DNA from: Camelus dromedarius
Lineage: Eukaryota
DNA: 64,000 nucleotides
NCBI RefSeq assembly: GCF_036321535.1
Contig: NC_087436.1
Location: 82,028,001 to 82,092,000, forward strand
Direction: 5' to 3'
Below, piece after piece: positions 39,497-52,731 of the stretch (positions are counted from its first letter, which is position 1; every line of letters starts with the position of its first letter). The notes beneath the pieces are model-generated. The model worked only from the letters and a program-made list of their open reading frames with translations. It did no database searches and was not told the origin of the DNA. Position numbers and translations under genes: made by a program.

Positions 39497-39789
39497 CAGA
39501 CTCACAGACATAGAAAACAAACATGATTACCAGTGGGGGAAGACAGTGGGAAGGGATAAATTGGGAGTTCAAGATTTACAGATACTACCTACCATATATA
39601 AAATAGATAAACAACAAGTTTATACTGTACAGCACAGGGTACTATATTCAATATCTTGTAGTAACCTATAATGAAAAATATGAAAATGAATATGTGTACA
39701 TGTATATATGACTGAAACATGATGCTGTGCACCAGAAATTGATGCAACATTGTAAACTGACTAGGCTTTAATTTAAAAAACAAAACAAA
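39497..39789 (+). mobile_element. Short 5'-truncated lineage-specific L1 3' end with perfect 14-bp TSD
   Basis: ACAGGTATACCTTA at 39483-39496 and 39790-39803 flanks an L1 3' UTR and A-tail. Confidence 0.92.
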
Positions 39790-40264
39790 ACAGGTATACC
39801 TTATTTAGTACTTATTATTCACCAGGAATTGCTCATAAATAATCCTCAACAGCTCCATAAGATAGAGTACTAGCTAACGTAAAGATGAGATTTATATAAC
39901 AAAGATATTCCAAAATGCAGTGACTTAGAGAACAAAGACATTTCTCTCATATTCAATAGTCTTGATGTGAGTAGCCCAGGTTGGTAGAATTCTACAGTCA
40001 TTCAAGGACCCAGGCACATCCCATTTTGTTGTCTACTTGGTCTGCATCATCATTGCCTACATTGCCAAAGACAGATGACCATCACATCAGGGTTCTACCC
40101 ACCAAGAAAGGAAAAAGGTAATGGAGGAGGTATGCACGATGCTTTTCAAGGTTCATTACTGCCACACATTCCATTGGCAAAAATTTAGCCACATCTCCAC
40201 ACTTAATTTTAAGTCAAGCAGCAAATGTGGTCTAGCTGCACAGTCATGTGCTCAGCTACCACAC

Positions 40265-40615
40265 TACTATGGACTGAATGTTGTGTCCCCAAAATTCATG
40301 TTGAAGCCCTAATCCCCACTGTGATGTTATTTGGAGGTAGGGCCTTCCGGAGGTTATCTAGGTCATGAGGGTGGAGCCCTCATGAATGGGACTAGTGCCC
40401 TTATAAGATGAGACACAGGAGAGTTGATCTCTCTCTGATCTGAGGACAGAACAAGAGACAACAATCTGTAAGCCAGGAAGTAGGCCTTCATCAAGAATCT
40501 GGCTATGCTGGCACGCTGATCTTGGACTTCCAGCCTCCAGAACTGTGAGAAATAACTGTTTGTTGTTTAAGTCATCCAGTCTCTGGTATTCTGTTAGAGC
40601 AGCCTGGACTGACTA
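40265..40615 (+). mobile_element. MLT1A/B-like MaLR LTR
   Basis: ctatggactgaatg..gtgtccccaaaattcatgttgaagccctaatcccc...ggacttccagcctccagaactgtgagaaataa...ctgactaa. Confidence 0.85.
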
Positions 40616-40911
40616 AAAAAATATCATAGCTATGAAAGAAGGGGGAAATAATTCTGGTAGAAAACTAGCAGTCTCCACCATGTTACAAATGAGGAAAGCA
40701 AGGTTCAGAGCTAAAGTAACTTGTCCAATGTCACAGGGCTGGCAAGTAGGATTGGAACACAAGCTGATTTCAGAGCCCAAGATCTTAACCACCAAATCAC
40801 TACTTTTTCAAATGTTTGAACCATAAACTAAAATAAGAAAAGCATTTCACTTAGCAACTTAGTACACAAATGTATGTATCTGTACACATTTTTTGTTCTG
40901 TTTTGCTTTAG

Positions 40912-40985
40912 TGGAGGTACTGAGGATTGAACCCAGGACCTCATGCATGTGAAGCACACACACTACCACTGGGCTATACCCTCAC
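40912..40985 (-). mobile_element. tRNA-derived SINE, vic-1 type (head region)
   Basis: Reverse complement reads gagggtatagcccagtggtagtgtgtgtgcttcacatgcatgaggtcctgggttcaatcctcagtacctcc, homologous to the copy at 37322. Confidence 0.85.
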
Positions 40986-41811
40986 TCACATACATGTTTA
41001 TATGTGTATGTTTTATGAAACAATCCCTACCCTTACCACAGTCAGTGAACTCCAATTTTCTATTCTATACTATTTCATTTTTTAAATGTTGGTCATACCT
41101 AGTAAATTGATTTCACAACCCTCCAATGTATTGTGATTCACATATGAAAACAGTGTACTACACTCAATTCTAGCAGGAGAAAGGGAATTTGTTGGAAGGC
41201 TACTGGAGAGGTCACAGTGTGCACTGCATGAATAAGAAGAGAGTAAGATTCAGAAAACAGGCTCAAGGACTTCAGGAAACAGAATCACAGCTAAAATTTT
41301 GACATGGGACGGGGTCTGTTAAGATGCACTAGTAACTTGATGTTACTCCTACCTCTGCCACCAGACACCGGATGCCGTGACACTGTCACTGAAATGAACG
41401 CCAAGCCAGCTTGGCTTCTGCGTCTCTCTCAGTCCAGATTCAACGTCCCAGGAAGAAGTATCCAGCGGGCATATCTTGGCTTGTGCCAAGGCTTTAGGGA
41501 TCAGGCAGAGCAAGAATCTGGCTTTCCAACTCACAAAACCACAGAAATGAGGTTAGATTCTGGGCAGCCCAAAAATGAACAGACAAACAAACAAAAAGGC
41601 AAATGTCCAATATACTCATAAACCACTGGAAGAAGCATAAACTGTGCAGCCACTTTGGAGGGCAATTTGGCGTTTTGTAAATGAAAATATGTATCCTGTG
41701 ACACAGAAATTCCACTTCTAGCCATACAGTCTAGATTGAAATTCCCATACAATGTGCATAAAGAGACATGCTTAAGTATGTTCACTGAAGCACTGTCTAT
41801 AATAAAAATAA

Positions 41812-42595
41812 TGAAGATGCTGTGAGGACTGTTGAAATGACAACAAAGGATTTAGAGTATTACATAAACGTGGTTGTTGAAGCAGTTTGAGAGAACTGAC
41901 TCCAATTTTGAAAGAAGTTCCACTGTGGGTAAAATGCTACCAAACATCACTGCATGCTACAGAGAATTGTTTGTGAAGGGAAGTGCCAAGTGCAGCAAAC
42001 TTCCTTGTTGTCTTATCTTAAGAAACTGCCAAATGGGGTGGGAAGGGATAAATTGGGAGTTCAAGATTTGCAGCTACTAACTACTATATATAAAATAGAG
42101 TTAAAAAAAAAAAGTTTCTTCTGTATAACACAGGGAACCATACTCAGTATCTCGCAGTAACCTATAATGAAAAGGAATTTATGTATGTATATGTATGACT
42201 GAAACATTATGCTGTGCACTAGAAATTGAAACAACATTGTAAACTGACTGTACTTCAATTAAAAAAAAAAAGAAATTGATACAGTGACCCCAACCTTCAG
42301 CAACCACCACCCTGATCAATCAGCAGCCATCAACATTAAGGCACAACCCCACTAGCAAAAAGACTGATTTGCTGAAGGCTCATAGTTAGCATTTTTAAGC
42401 AATAAAGTGTTTTTAATTAAGGTATGAACATTTTTTAGACACAATGCTATTGCACACTTAACAGACTATAGTATAGTGTAAACAGAACTTCTACATGCAC
42501 TGAGAAACCAAAGCATTCGTGACTCATTTTATTGTGATACTCGCTTTATTGCAGTGGTCTGGAACCAAACCCACAATATCTCTGAGGTATGTCCA
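41812..42595 (+). mobile_element. Tigger1 3' fragment interrupted by an L1 3' end (~42033-42270)
   Basis: gaagatgctgtg..gttgaaatgacaacaaaggatttagagtattac...gactccaattttgaaagaagttc...tttattgcagtggtctggaaccaaacccacaatatctctgaggtatg; the nested L1 is flanked by aagaaa(c/t)tg. Confidence 0.85.
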
Positions 42596-42770
42596 CACTC
42601 GTAGCTTAATCTCTGAGTGAGAGAGCTCGCGCTCTCTGTAATTCAGCACGTGCTCTGTGGCACAGCATATGGTCCATTTCTTTCAAAGCTGTGTCACCTT
42701 GGGGGAGTTACAAGTCCTTCATCTAGCCCCAGATTCCTCCAGAACTAAAACAAGGATCAGATAATGGGTC

Positions 42771-43180
42771 AATTAGAGATGGTCATATTAAGTCAAGTAA
42801 GCCAGAAAGAGAAAGAAAAATACCATATGATATCGTTTATATGTGGTATCTAAAAAAATGACACAAATGAACTTATTTACAAAACAGAAACAGACTCACA
42901 GACACAGAAAACAAACTTAAGATGACCAGAGGGGAAAGGGGGAGTTGAGGGATAAATTGGGATTTCAGGATTAGCAGACACTAACTACTCTATATGTAAT
43001 AGGTCAGCAAGAAGGTCCTACTGTATAGCACAGGGAACTATATTCAACATCTTGTAATACGCTATAATGAAAAAGAGTATGAAAAGGAATATACATATAT
43101 AACTGAATCACTGTGTTGTACAGCAGAAATTAACACAACATTGTAAACCAACTCTACTTCAATTACAAAAAAAGAAAGAA
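42771..43180 (+). mobile_element. Lineage-specific L1 3' end
   Basis: L1 3' UTR motifs and A-tail; aatgggtca on both sides (probable TSD). Confidence 0.85.
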
Positions 43181-43189
43181 AATGGGTCA

Positions 43190-43735
43190 GGTTAAACATA
43201 CACCTACTATACAACTCAGTCATTCCTCTCCTTGAAGTACACACCCAAGAGAAATGAAAGCATGTGCCCACACAATGCTCACAGCAGCTTTATTTGTAAG
43301 CACGCAGAACTGGAAACAACTCAACATGTTTATCAGCAAGTTCTCAGATAAACAAAGTGCAGTATATCCATACACTCAGCAATAAACAGGAACACATACA
43401 CAACAACACGGATGAATCTCAAAATAATTGTGCTGAGGAAAAGAAGCCTGACCCAAAAAAAAAGGACATATTGTATGATTCCATTTATATAAAATTCTCA
43501 AAAACACAAATCAATCTATAGTGCCAGGAAGCAGCTAAATCAGTGGTTGCCTGGGGGAGGGAGAGGAGCAGCGAGAAGGGATGGATTACAAGAGGCACAG
43601 AAAAACTCTTGAGGGGGTGGATATATTCATTATCTTGATTGTGATGACAATTCTACAGGCGTCAAAACTCATCAGACTGTATTTTAAATATGTGCAGTTT
43701 ATGGTATAGCCAATCACACCCCAATAAAACTGAAA
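43190..43735 (+). mobile_element. Old L1MB/MC 3' end
   Basis: cccaagagaaatgaaagcatgtgcccacaca, gatgaatctcaaaataattgtgctgag, tattcattatcttgattgtgatg. Confidence 0.75.
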
Positions 43736-43914
43736 AATATGTATCTAAGCATATATAGGCAAGAGACAGCAAAAATCAAATCCCCCGATCACCCTACAAA
43801 AGTGGCACCTTTTCAATCAACTATACCTCAATAAAAAGAAATTTTTTGTTTAAAGCATTAGAAACATTGATTTTAAAAAGCAGTACCCTTTCAACAATTT
43901 TTAAGGTAATACAC

Positions 43915-44740
43915 TCATTCAATCAACAAATACTGACAGAGTGGCATCTATGGGTAGGTACTATTATAAATAGACAGTAGAGACACCACAGAAAATAACA
44001 TAGGCAAATAAGTAAGGAAATAAATCACTGTGGATAATGATATGAGTGCTATAAAGGAATTAATAGCAGAATGCTATTACGGACAGCAAGTAAAAGGAAA
44101 GACCTATTTATCGAGGGTGGTCACAGGTCTCCCTCAGGAGATGTCATTTGAACTAAATCCTAAACAATTAGGAAACATCACTGAAAATCTGAGGGAAGAG
44201 AATCTGGGGAAAAGTAAACAGCAAGGTCAAAGGTTCCAAGGCAGAAACGAGTCTGATCTGTGAGAGAACAAGAAGCAGGTTAGCACGCTTGCACCCAGCG
44301 GGGCTGGATGATGAGTGGGAGAAATGAGGTCAAGGAAGGAGTCAAGTGTCAGATAACGCAGGGCCTCGCAGGCCATGGGAAAGGGTGTTACTCAGGGGAG
44401 GGACATGATCTTTTTGGCAATGACATGGTTGCCATTTTTTAAAAATCGCTCTGGCAGCTGGGAATAGACTACAGTAGGAAGGCCAGAATGAAAGCAGTGA
44501 AGTCAGTTAAGCAGCTTTCTCCATATTCCAAGTAAGAGATGATGGAGGTCTGGACAAGGATGAAAGAGGCTGAGAAAAGCAGTGCATCTGGGATTCACTC
44601 TGAAGGCAGCGCCAGCAAGAGCTGCTGACGGACTGGACTGGGAGGGAAGAGGAGATGAGGACACAGAGGAAGGACAGACGACTCGTAGGTTTCTGGACTA
44701 CAAAAATGGAATGGAAATGGTGCCATTTCCTGGAATAGAA
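43915..44740 (-). mobile_element. L2 fragment
   Basis: ctcattcaatcaacaaatactga start followed by a typical purine-rich antisense L2 body. Confidence 0.65.
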
Positions 44741-47700
44741 AAGAGATAACTGTTCTTAAGACCATGAGGAAAAGAGGCCAGAGAAACTGAGTGAAAGCAA
44801 GGCCCTAAGGTACCTAGAGACAGTAAGCAAAAGAAGACTTTTTTTTCTCCTCCATACTTGCTGCCCTGTCAACTAGGGCATAAGCTCTGCCTCGCCAAGG
44901 CCCTGGCCCAGGCCTGTCCCCAGACTTAGTTCCCTGATGTCAGAGGACTGTTGTGAGGACTACAGGACATGAATAGAGCACCTAGAAGAGTTTTTGCATC
45001 TAAGTTCTTAGCAAATGGTTTTTTTCTCTCTCCTCTTCCTTTCCATCTTCCTCCTCTGACCCATGATAAAATGTTTCCATTGAGGAAGATCTGTCAGCTG
45101 AAAAAAAGAAAGATTCTCTCCAAAAATTTCTATTATTTACTATTAAATTTCTATGCCAGAATATTTTTCATTAAAAATAAAATGCAGTATGCAATTCACT
45201 TAGGATTTAGGTATCTAATCCATTTCTGCCCTAAATATCTGCCTCTTCTACACTGCCAACCAAAGTTTCAGGATGTTCACTATCTCTCCTCTTTCATTCT
45301 GTCTGCTCCCCCTGGATGAGCTCAAAGACACCTGTGGTTTCATCTTTCATCTCTACACAGTCTCCTTCCTGAGCAGCCCCCCCATAAAGCCCACTACTAC
45401 TGGTGATCGTCACTCAAGTGTCTCCCAAGAACTTCAAACACCAACATATCTAAAACTAAATGTATCTCCTACACACCTAAGACAATTTTTCCTTCCCTAA
45501 GCTCACAATCTGGAAGTCATCCTAAATTCCCACATTTCTTAACTCAGACACATCCAATTGACGACATTATCCTATGGTTTCTACTTCTTCCATGACTCCT
45601 GAGTCAGACCTGTATTACATTCCACCATTATTTCCTTAAGTTATGCACTTTGTCACACCTGGATTACTGTGAGAGCTTTTAACATAAAAGAAATAAAAAT
45701 AAACAAAAATAATGTTGAGGAGATGCATACAATACAGGGAGAAGAAATCTATTTTGTGTTCTCAGAAAGATAAGCTAAGCAATTATGAATAAAACAGGTT
45801 CCTTTTTTTTTTTTTTTTTAAAGGAGAGGAGTACGTCTTCAGAGGGAAAAAACATGATAGCAGAAATGAAAAGCTTGTAATGATTAGCAGATAAAACCGA
45901 GAGTTTCTCTCAGAACTGGAGCAAAAGACAAAGGGATGGAAGACAGGAGGAAGAAAGATAAAAAATTAGAAAGCTGGTACAGAAGTTACAGTATACGAAT
46001 GACAATACTCTAGAAAGTATATAGAAAATGCAAAGCTGGAAATAGCCATGGAATAATTTAAAGTAATTTCCCAGAACTGAGGGACATGAACTTCCAAACT
46101 GCAAAAGCCTGCAGAGTACCAAGCACAGTGGGTGACGGTGGAGGAGCTAATGTTCAGTGTTCGCGCTCACTCTACGCCAGGCACTGCTGTAAGTGCTGTA
46201 CATATTAACTCACTCACTTGTCACAACTATCACTATCCACTTTCTACAGACGTAGAAGCTAAAGCACAGGGAAGTTAAATAATCTGTCTGAGATGACACA
46301 GCTAATAAGTGATAAAACTGGCATTCAGTCCCCGATGGCCCATGCTTTACACCCAGTGCTCTAAATCACTATGCTATATTAGATGTAAATAGTCTTCCGC
46401 CTTGATTCCTATCAGAATTCTGGGATCTAGCTACTCCGTGTCCCCGGCACAGTCTGGCATGATGAAAAGAAAAATCCCAACCCCCAGCTTCTCCCTCAGG
46501 AAGGGAAGAGAAAAGTAAAGTGTACATCCAATGTTCTTTTCAGGGGCTCCTCAAAAACCTGGTTTCTGTCTTACCTGACTCAGAACACTGATGGAACACT
46601 GGTTTGGATACAGGTTGGGGGCCACAGAGAACACACAAAAGCACGGCAGCTCGTTACAGCACAGAGACACTGCACCATTACAGGCAGACCGCAGTGGGAA
46701 CAAGAGACTGCAGACCCCAGTGAAGGGTGGGCAAACCTCCTTAACTGAGCAGGCCAGAGGGGAGTGGGATAATATATTCAGTGTCAAAGTAAAAAAAACT
46801 GCCAACTGGGAATACGACATCTGGCAAAAGTGACCTTCAAAAATTAAGGAGAAATTAAGACTTTCCCAGATAAACAAAACTGAGGGAGCTCATCACCACT
46901 AGACCTGCCCTGTAAGAAATGCTAATTGTTACAGCTTAAAATAAATTTGTGTAACTTTAAGACGGTTTATGTAAAATTGTGTATTTGTTCATTCTTATTT
47001 TTGCCTTGAACTGTTTGAGCCCATGTTCAATCACATTATGGCCACCCCTCCATAAAAACTAACCCAACACAAAAAGTAGGGACACAACCATGAAGTACTT
47101 TCCATTATAAACCTCTGACCATAGGAAACTTTCAATCAATAATCAATAAATGTACACTGAGGGGCTCCATGAGTTCAGCATGGAGAAAAGGCACTGGAGC
47201 GCTAACATAAGCGGGAAATTATTCCTAGTCCTGTGTCATGTGAGGAGAGAGACATACGCACAACATATTACATTTATTTTGTGATGTCATTTTACTTCAA
47301 TATGTGCAGGTTAAAGCCAGTTCATAAATATCTGCCTGAAAACATAAGAATCCTAGAATTTAGAAGAACCCTAAAGCTGCAAGCAGGCATTTTTCTACCA
47401 AGAGAAAGACAGGAAACTAAAATTTTTTCGAATATCACCTTTTCCCAAGGAATATTAAAATGTTGAATTCTGGAAACCTTTTTTGCAAACAGATACATAT
47501 TTCATTCATTTGCACAACAGCTCTGAAGAAGGATGGAAGCATATAATTCACACCTTCAATTAATGTCACTAACTAGAGGTGAACGGCTCTGAGGGGATGA
47601 GCAAGATGCTTAAGGTTCCCTGGTGACTCCCAAGAGCAGACATAAACCATTATGTATGTTTCTGAGTTAAAAAGTGACTTTGTGCACACAAATGTTCCAA

Positions 47701-47873
47701 GCTCCTTTCAAGAGAAGGGCATAAGTGACAAGCTAATTATCAGAGATTATTGTTCATAAACAGAAATGATCAGGACGTGCCATAGGTACTGTGGCCAGAT
47801 TTTGAACTAAAAAATCAGGTCATATGGTCTGGCAGGGACATATACACTGACAAGAATAAAACCAAACTTTTGA

Positions 47874-48214
47874 GGAGGTGAAGCCAAGATGGCAGAGTAG
47901 AGAGACTCACAGCTCACCCTCTCCCACAAATATACCAAGAATTACATCTACAAACCCACTGAATCGCACAGAACACCTACTGAACTCTGGCAGAGTGGCT
48001 CTCGTTTCAAAACAGGGGAGGATTCTTATAAATCCGATAAACAAGTTTATACTGTATAGCACAGGGAACCATATTCAATACCCTGTAATCTATGATGAAG
48101 AAGAATATGAGAATGAATGAATATATGTTCCAAGGTGACTGAAGCATTGTGCTGTACACCAGAAACTGACACAACATTGTAAACTGACCGTGCTTCAATA
48201 AAAATATATTTTAA
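47874..48214 (+). mobile_element. Mini-L1: L1 5' terminus (47874-48036) fused directly to L1 3' terminus (48037-48214), flanked by TSD
   Basis: GGAGG..ccAAGATGGC YY1-type L1 start motif (47886-47893), acagaacacctactgaac 5'UTR motif, then ataaacaagtttatactgtatagcacaggg (L1 3'UTR), AATAAA 48197-48202 and A-tail; flanks aaaaccaaacttttga (47858-47873) and aaaaacaaatttttga (48215-48230), 14/16 identical. Confidence 0.8.
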
Positions 48215-49409
48215 AAAAACAAATTTTTGAAAACTCAAGACTTCTGGTCTCACAAAGGTCTACAAAGTCAGCCTGATATCATCCTCTTCAGTACTGAGAT
48301 CGCAGCCACACAAAGGGATGCTCACAGTGACAGCTAAAACTACAGTGATTCCCATTGTGTGCCAGGTGGTTTCCACTTAATCCTCGTGACAAGTCAAGGA
48401 AGTAAATACCAGTATTCTCTCTATCTCACATGCAAGAAAAATGAAACTCACTCCAGGTCACACCACTCTAAGCAGCCAAGCTGGGATCTGAAGAAGGCAG
48501 CAGCCAGGTCAAAAGTATGGACTCTTAAATACTGTGCCATTATGACTTTCATAATGAGGCGAAAATACCAGAAGATCGTAAAATGCCTGCTGAATCATCG
48601 AACAAACACTAAACTGTGCTTAAATGTAACTTTCATATCCAAGTGTGCTTTCCTGGATTCAAATTCTAGGAAAATTGGTTGATGCAAATCCAATTCTTTC
48701 CAGTTAATCAATTCTCCATTCTCCAACCCCTCTGTACAAGGAACAGGTCTCACAAATGCAGTCTTTGTATTTTTGTATCATTATCACATACGTATATGTG
48801 TTCCACATGCTCCAAGAGGCATCTCAGGGAGACAATATGAAATTAGGCAAATGGAAAAAGACAATTTTTTTTGGAGAACAAAAACAAAGTAAGTTCTAGT
48901 TGCCACTTTAAAGTACCACAAGAGAATAGTAAAGGATGTTTCACTGAAAACTAGAAACTGGAGAGTTACTAAATGAAACCTACAATGTTTCATTAAAAAT
49001 TTTCACAGTTTAAAATTTTAAAAGCAATTTCTTTCTCTCTTTTCTGGTACCCCCTTGGGGGCCTCAAAGATGCACACTCAAGATATTCTTTAAAATAATG
49101 TCTCTGACAAGGAGTTTCCTCTTTCCCTAGTACAATTTTACAAAAACCAAAATCAAGAACACAAATGACTACTCAATGCCGGCTACATTTTCATCTACTT
49201 ACAGTGCTGTCGCTTGTGATACAAAGGTACAAGCACATGGCAGGACCCCAGAAGATCTGTCAGAGCTGTCTGCTAACCGGCGGGAGCTGGCCCATCCACC
49301 AGCGGGTATTCGGACGTCTGCACCAAACTTCACACAGTGAAAGGTCGGGGCCCTTCATCCTCTTTGGGTGTAGGAAGCAGAGAGTACAGATTCAATTACA
49401 AGATGACTG

Positions 49410-49543
49410 TCACTTAGGTGGAAGAGGTCTTCTCAAACCAATCTGCTTTTCCCTCAGGGAAAACCTAATTTCCTCAGCCGCATTTTCCTGACGTTTCAGG
49501 TTATCCAGGCGCTTCATTTCATACTCCCTTTCAAGTTTGATGG
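49410..49543 (-). CDS. C4orf36: C4orf36 orthologue, third coding exon
   Basis: ttttcAG acceptor; (S)IKLEREYEMKRLDNLKRQENAAEEIRFSLREKQIGLRRPLPPK then TGA; the three exons total 65+155+134 = 354 nt = 117 aa + stop. Confidence 0.92.
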
Positions 49544-49774
49544 CTGAAAAATAAAATATATGAAGCAATCCAACTGACATTTTTTACCAAGCATAATTCA
49601 GTCAAAAATGAATATTTACCACACAGCAAAACTCACATTCTTGAATCTGAAACAAGGAGACAGGGCTACATAGAAAGGGAGTACGGGTGTGAATGAGCAG
49701 ATTTGAACATTTCTCTAATCAAAATAATGCACACAAAATTTGCAATTTATTAAAGTAGTTTTAACAGAACTTAC

Positions 49775-49929
49775 ATTCTGCTGAAGGGACCAGACCATCC
49801 TTAGTGGTTTTACATTTTTTGAGGCGTATGGAACCACCAAATGCAATTTCTTCCAAGAAAGGCAACTTGATGTTGGCTAGGTTTGTGTGCCAGGTCTTCG
49901 TAAGCAGTGCAAGTTCCCAGGGTTCCTGT
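49775..49929 (-). CDS. C4orf36: C4orf36 orthologue, second coding exon
   Basis: ttttgcttcAG acceptor, T|GTAAGT donor; QEPWELALLTKTWHTNLANIKLPFLEEIAFGGSIRLKKCKTTKDGLVPSAE, matching recalled human C4orf36. Confidence 0.93.
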
Positions 49930-52666
49930 CTGAAGCAAAAGTTCATTAATTCAGTCAATAAATATTTATTGACATCTACTGCAGGATATAGAGATGACAT
50001 CTTAATTTTCAGTTCCATTTTCCATTACACATTTTGGTTTATTTACAGGAGAGTATTCAGGATTTCCCAGAGTTGCAAATCAAGTCAGGAGAAGGAGCTT
50101 TATATTAACTAATGTAGAGATATACTAAAAAAATGAACATAAGTTAAAATGACAGGAACATTTGCTCAAAAAACAGCCTCCTTGGGAGTCAATCCAATCT
50201 TTCCATGTCTTTAAATAGGATGTAGTTAAGAACTATAAGCTCCAAGTCCTTTTTGGCTGATCAAAAATATGGTCACATTACAGAAGGAACAAAGGGAATA
50301 ATCATGCACTGAGCAGGATGCTTGGCACACACTAAGTCTTCGAGTGTGTGATCTGATTTTAATCTTTACAACCACCATGGAGGTAGACAAAGAAACAGAG
50401 ACTCAGAAGTTAACTGAGAACCAGAGCTGGTATGAACCCAAGGTATATTTAGAAGCACTAGTACCAAGAGAAGCCTTGGAAAACCAGAGAAGGGAATGAA
50501 ATCCTAAGCTACAATATTTTAAAATAATCAATGAAATCTTAATGGATTTGTTTATGTATCCTAATTTGGAAATTTAACTTATCAGCTACATTTCTCATCT
50601 GCAGGCATGAGGAAAGGTGGACGACCTGCTTTGGTACAAGTAGGGGAAGTGAGGGTATTGCACACATGCCGTCTGCTTTCCTCCTCCAGCTTCCTTGTTA
50701 CGTTATCATCCAATCTTAATGACTGACTTGAAGTCTACAATTATACATGCACTTGAACAAACACACAAAGATGTGTTTATAAGAATGCTCAATGTAACAT
50801 TGTTTGTCCTCCCAAAACCCACAAAATAGCTTTAATGTCTATCAAGAAGAGCCTGGTTATTAAACAAACTGTATTACACATAATCAAAGAATGAGGTTCA
50901 TCCTTATATACTGACTTGGAAAGATAAGCAATAAAACAGCTAATGCTTACCTAACACCTACTATCTGCTAGATGCTGCTTTAATCAGTTTACACGTATAA
51001 ATACTTTTAATTGCCACAGTAACCCCGTGAAGTAGGCAGGTGCTGTTATTATACTCATTTTACAGATTAGGAAACAAGAACAGAGAACTTGCTCAAGATC
51101 ATAAGGCTGTTGATCGTGGCTTTGGAATTTGAACCCAGAAAGTCAGACTTTAGAATCTGTGCTCTTAACCACTAGGCTGTGCAGGATATGTAGTGGGGAG
51201 AGGGAGCAAAGTTCAATATAATCCCACAAGTAAATACATGTGTACATACACATGTGTGTACGTGTCAGTGTGTTGTATCTTGTATAACAGACAGAAATTC
51301 TAGAAAAATATAAAACATCTTACCTGAGTGGGACTGAGGGGGGATGGGAATAGGGATATGAGAGATAACATTTTTATTTTCCTTCCAAATGCTTCTATAC
51401 TGTTTGAATGTTTTTAGTGTATTTGTTTACTAATCTTTTAAAAACACTCAACCAAGAAAAGTCCAAGGTGATGAGCTGCTTTAGCAAACGAACTCCAAAG
51501 AGTGCTACTACTGTTCTCCTCTTAATTTAGCTGCTCTTGTAAATAGTATGATATCAAATACCTTCCTGTGAGAATGATAAAGACGACACTGGTTTTGAAG
51601 ATATTATTTATGATACAAATTTCTGTATAACCAAAACCACAGAATCAGAGCTTTAAATCATTCTTCAGACACAGGAATATCTTTGTTATAAAAATTACGT
51701 TTATAATGATGACTATAGTGGTACCTGCCTACAGCTGAAGGTCTAATCACATACTGAACTGATAAATCTTAATAGAATATGATGGTGAGTTTTCTCTGGT
51801 TTTCCAACTCCGTGAGGTGTATCCATATACTTCTTAGAACGCTGTCAAAAAGTAACATTTAATTGACTCACATCAATGAATATGTCATTGACTGTGGCAG
51901 AGACGTTAAAAAAAAAAATCCAAAAATTAAAAACAAAGTAGCACGACAATACTACAGAGTGATACTACTATATGGCAGCAAACCATGTTCATTACGGGCC
52001 TGCTATACCTCAGGCAACGTGCAAGTACTCTACATACATCACTTCATTTGTAGTCCACACCGCATAGGCAGGTATTGATAGGCCTCCGTCACAGGCACGG
52101 AGGCCAAGGCACGGAGAAGTTAAGTAATTTAATCAAGGCCACAGAGGGAGCCCGGGTAAGGCCAGGATTTGAGCCCAGGTCTTCTTAACTGCAAAGCCCA
52201 TGTTGTCCATACATTGCCTGCCCAAGCTTACAGAATGCAAAACTGTCTATATCTGCTAATTAAGTGTCCTGTTAAGATGTACCTGGCACCAACGCATTTT
52301 AGGTAGATTTACACTATCTAAAGAGGTATTTTAAGGTGGTTGTCTACAGCAGAAAATGTTGCTTTGGAGTAAGAAGACTCAGACTTCTAAACCAGTCACT
52401 TCCTTACTACATGACTGTGGGACTTTGATCAAATCACTTCTCCAAACCTCAGTTTCCTCATTTTAAAGTGTTGTTTTGTTGTAAAGACCAACTAAGAAAA
52501 TTTATATATCCTTACAAAAGCATCTTCTTTAAAAAAAAAAAATCAATACCCCAACCCCTGAAAATGCCACACATAGCCTAGTGTAAACATGCCCAGTACT
52601 TTTATTTTAACAAGAACACTCTCCACGACGGTCAGTGTTTACTTTTACTGTGAAAAAAATACTTAC

Positions 52667-52731
52667 ACTTCGTAACAACTGCTCCGTAAAATGGTTTTCA
52701 CTGTATTCCTTCTTGGCAAACCACAAGCCAT
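52667..52731 (-). CDS. C4orf36: C4orf36 orthologue, first coding exon (coding part; exon probably begins at 52803)
   Basis: Strong Kozak caccATGG at 52731; MACGLPRRNTVKTILRSSCYE(V); GT|GTAAGT donor; upstream tttcAG acceptor at 52805-52804. Confidence 0.92.
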
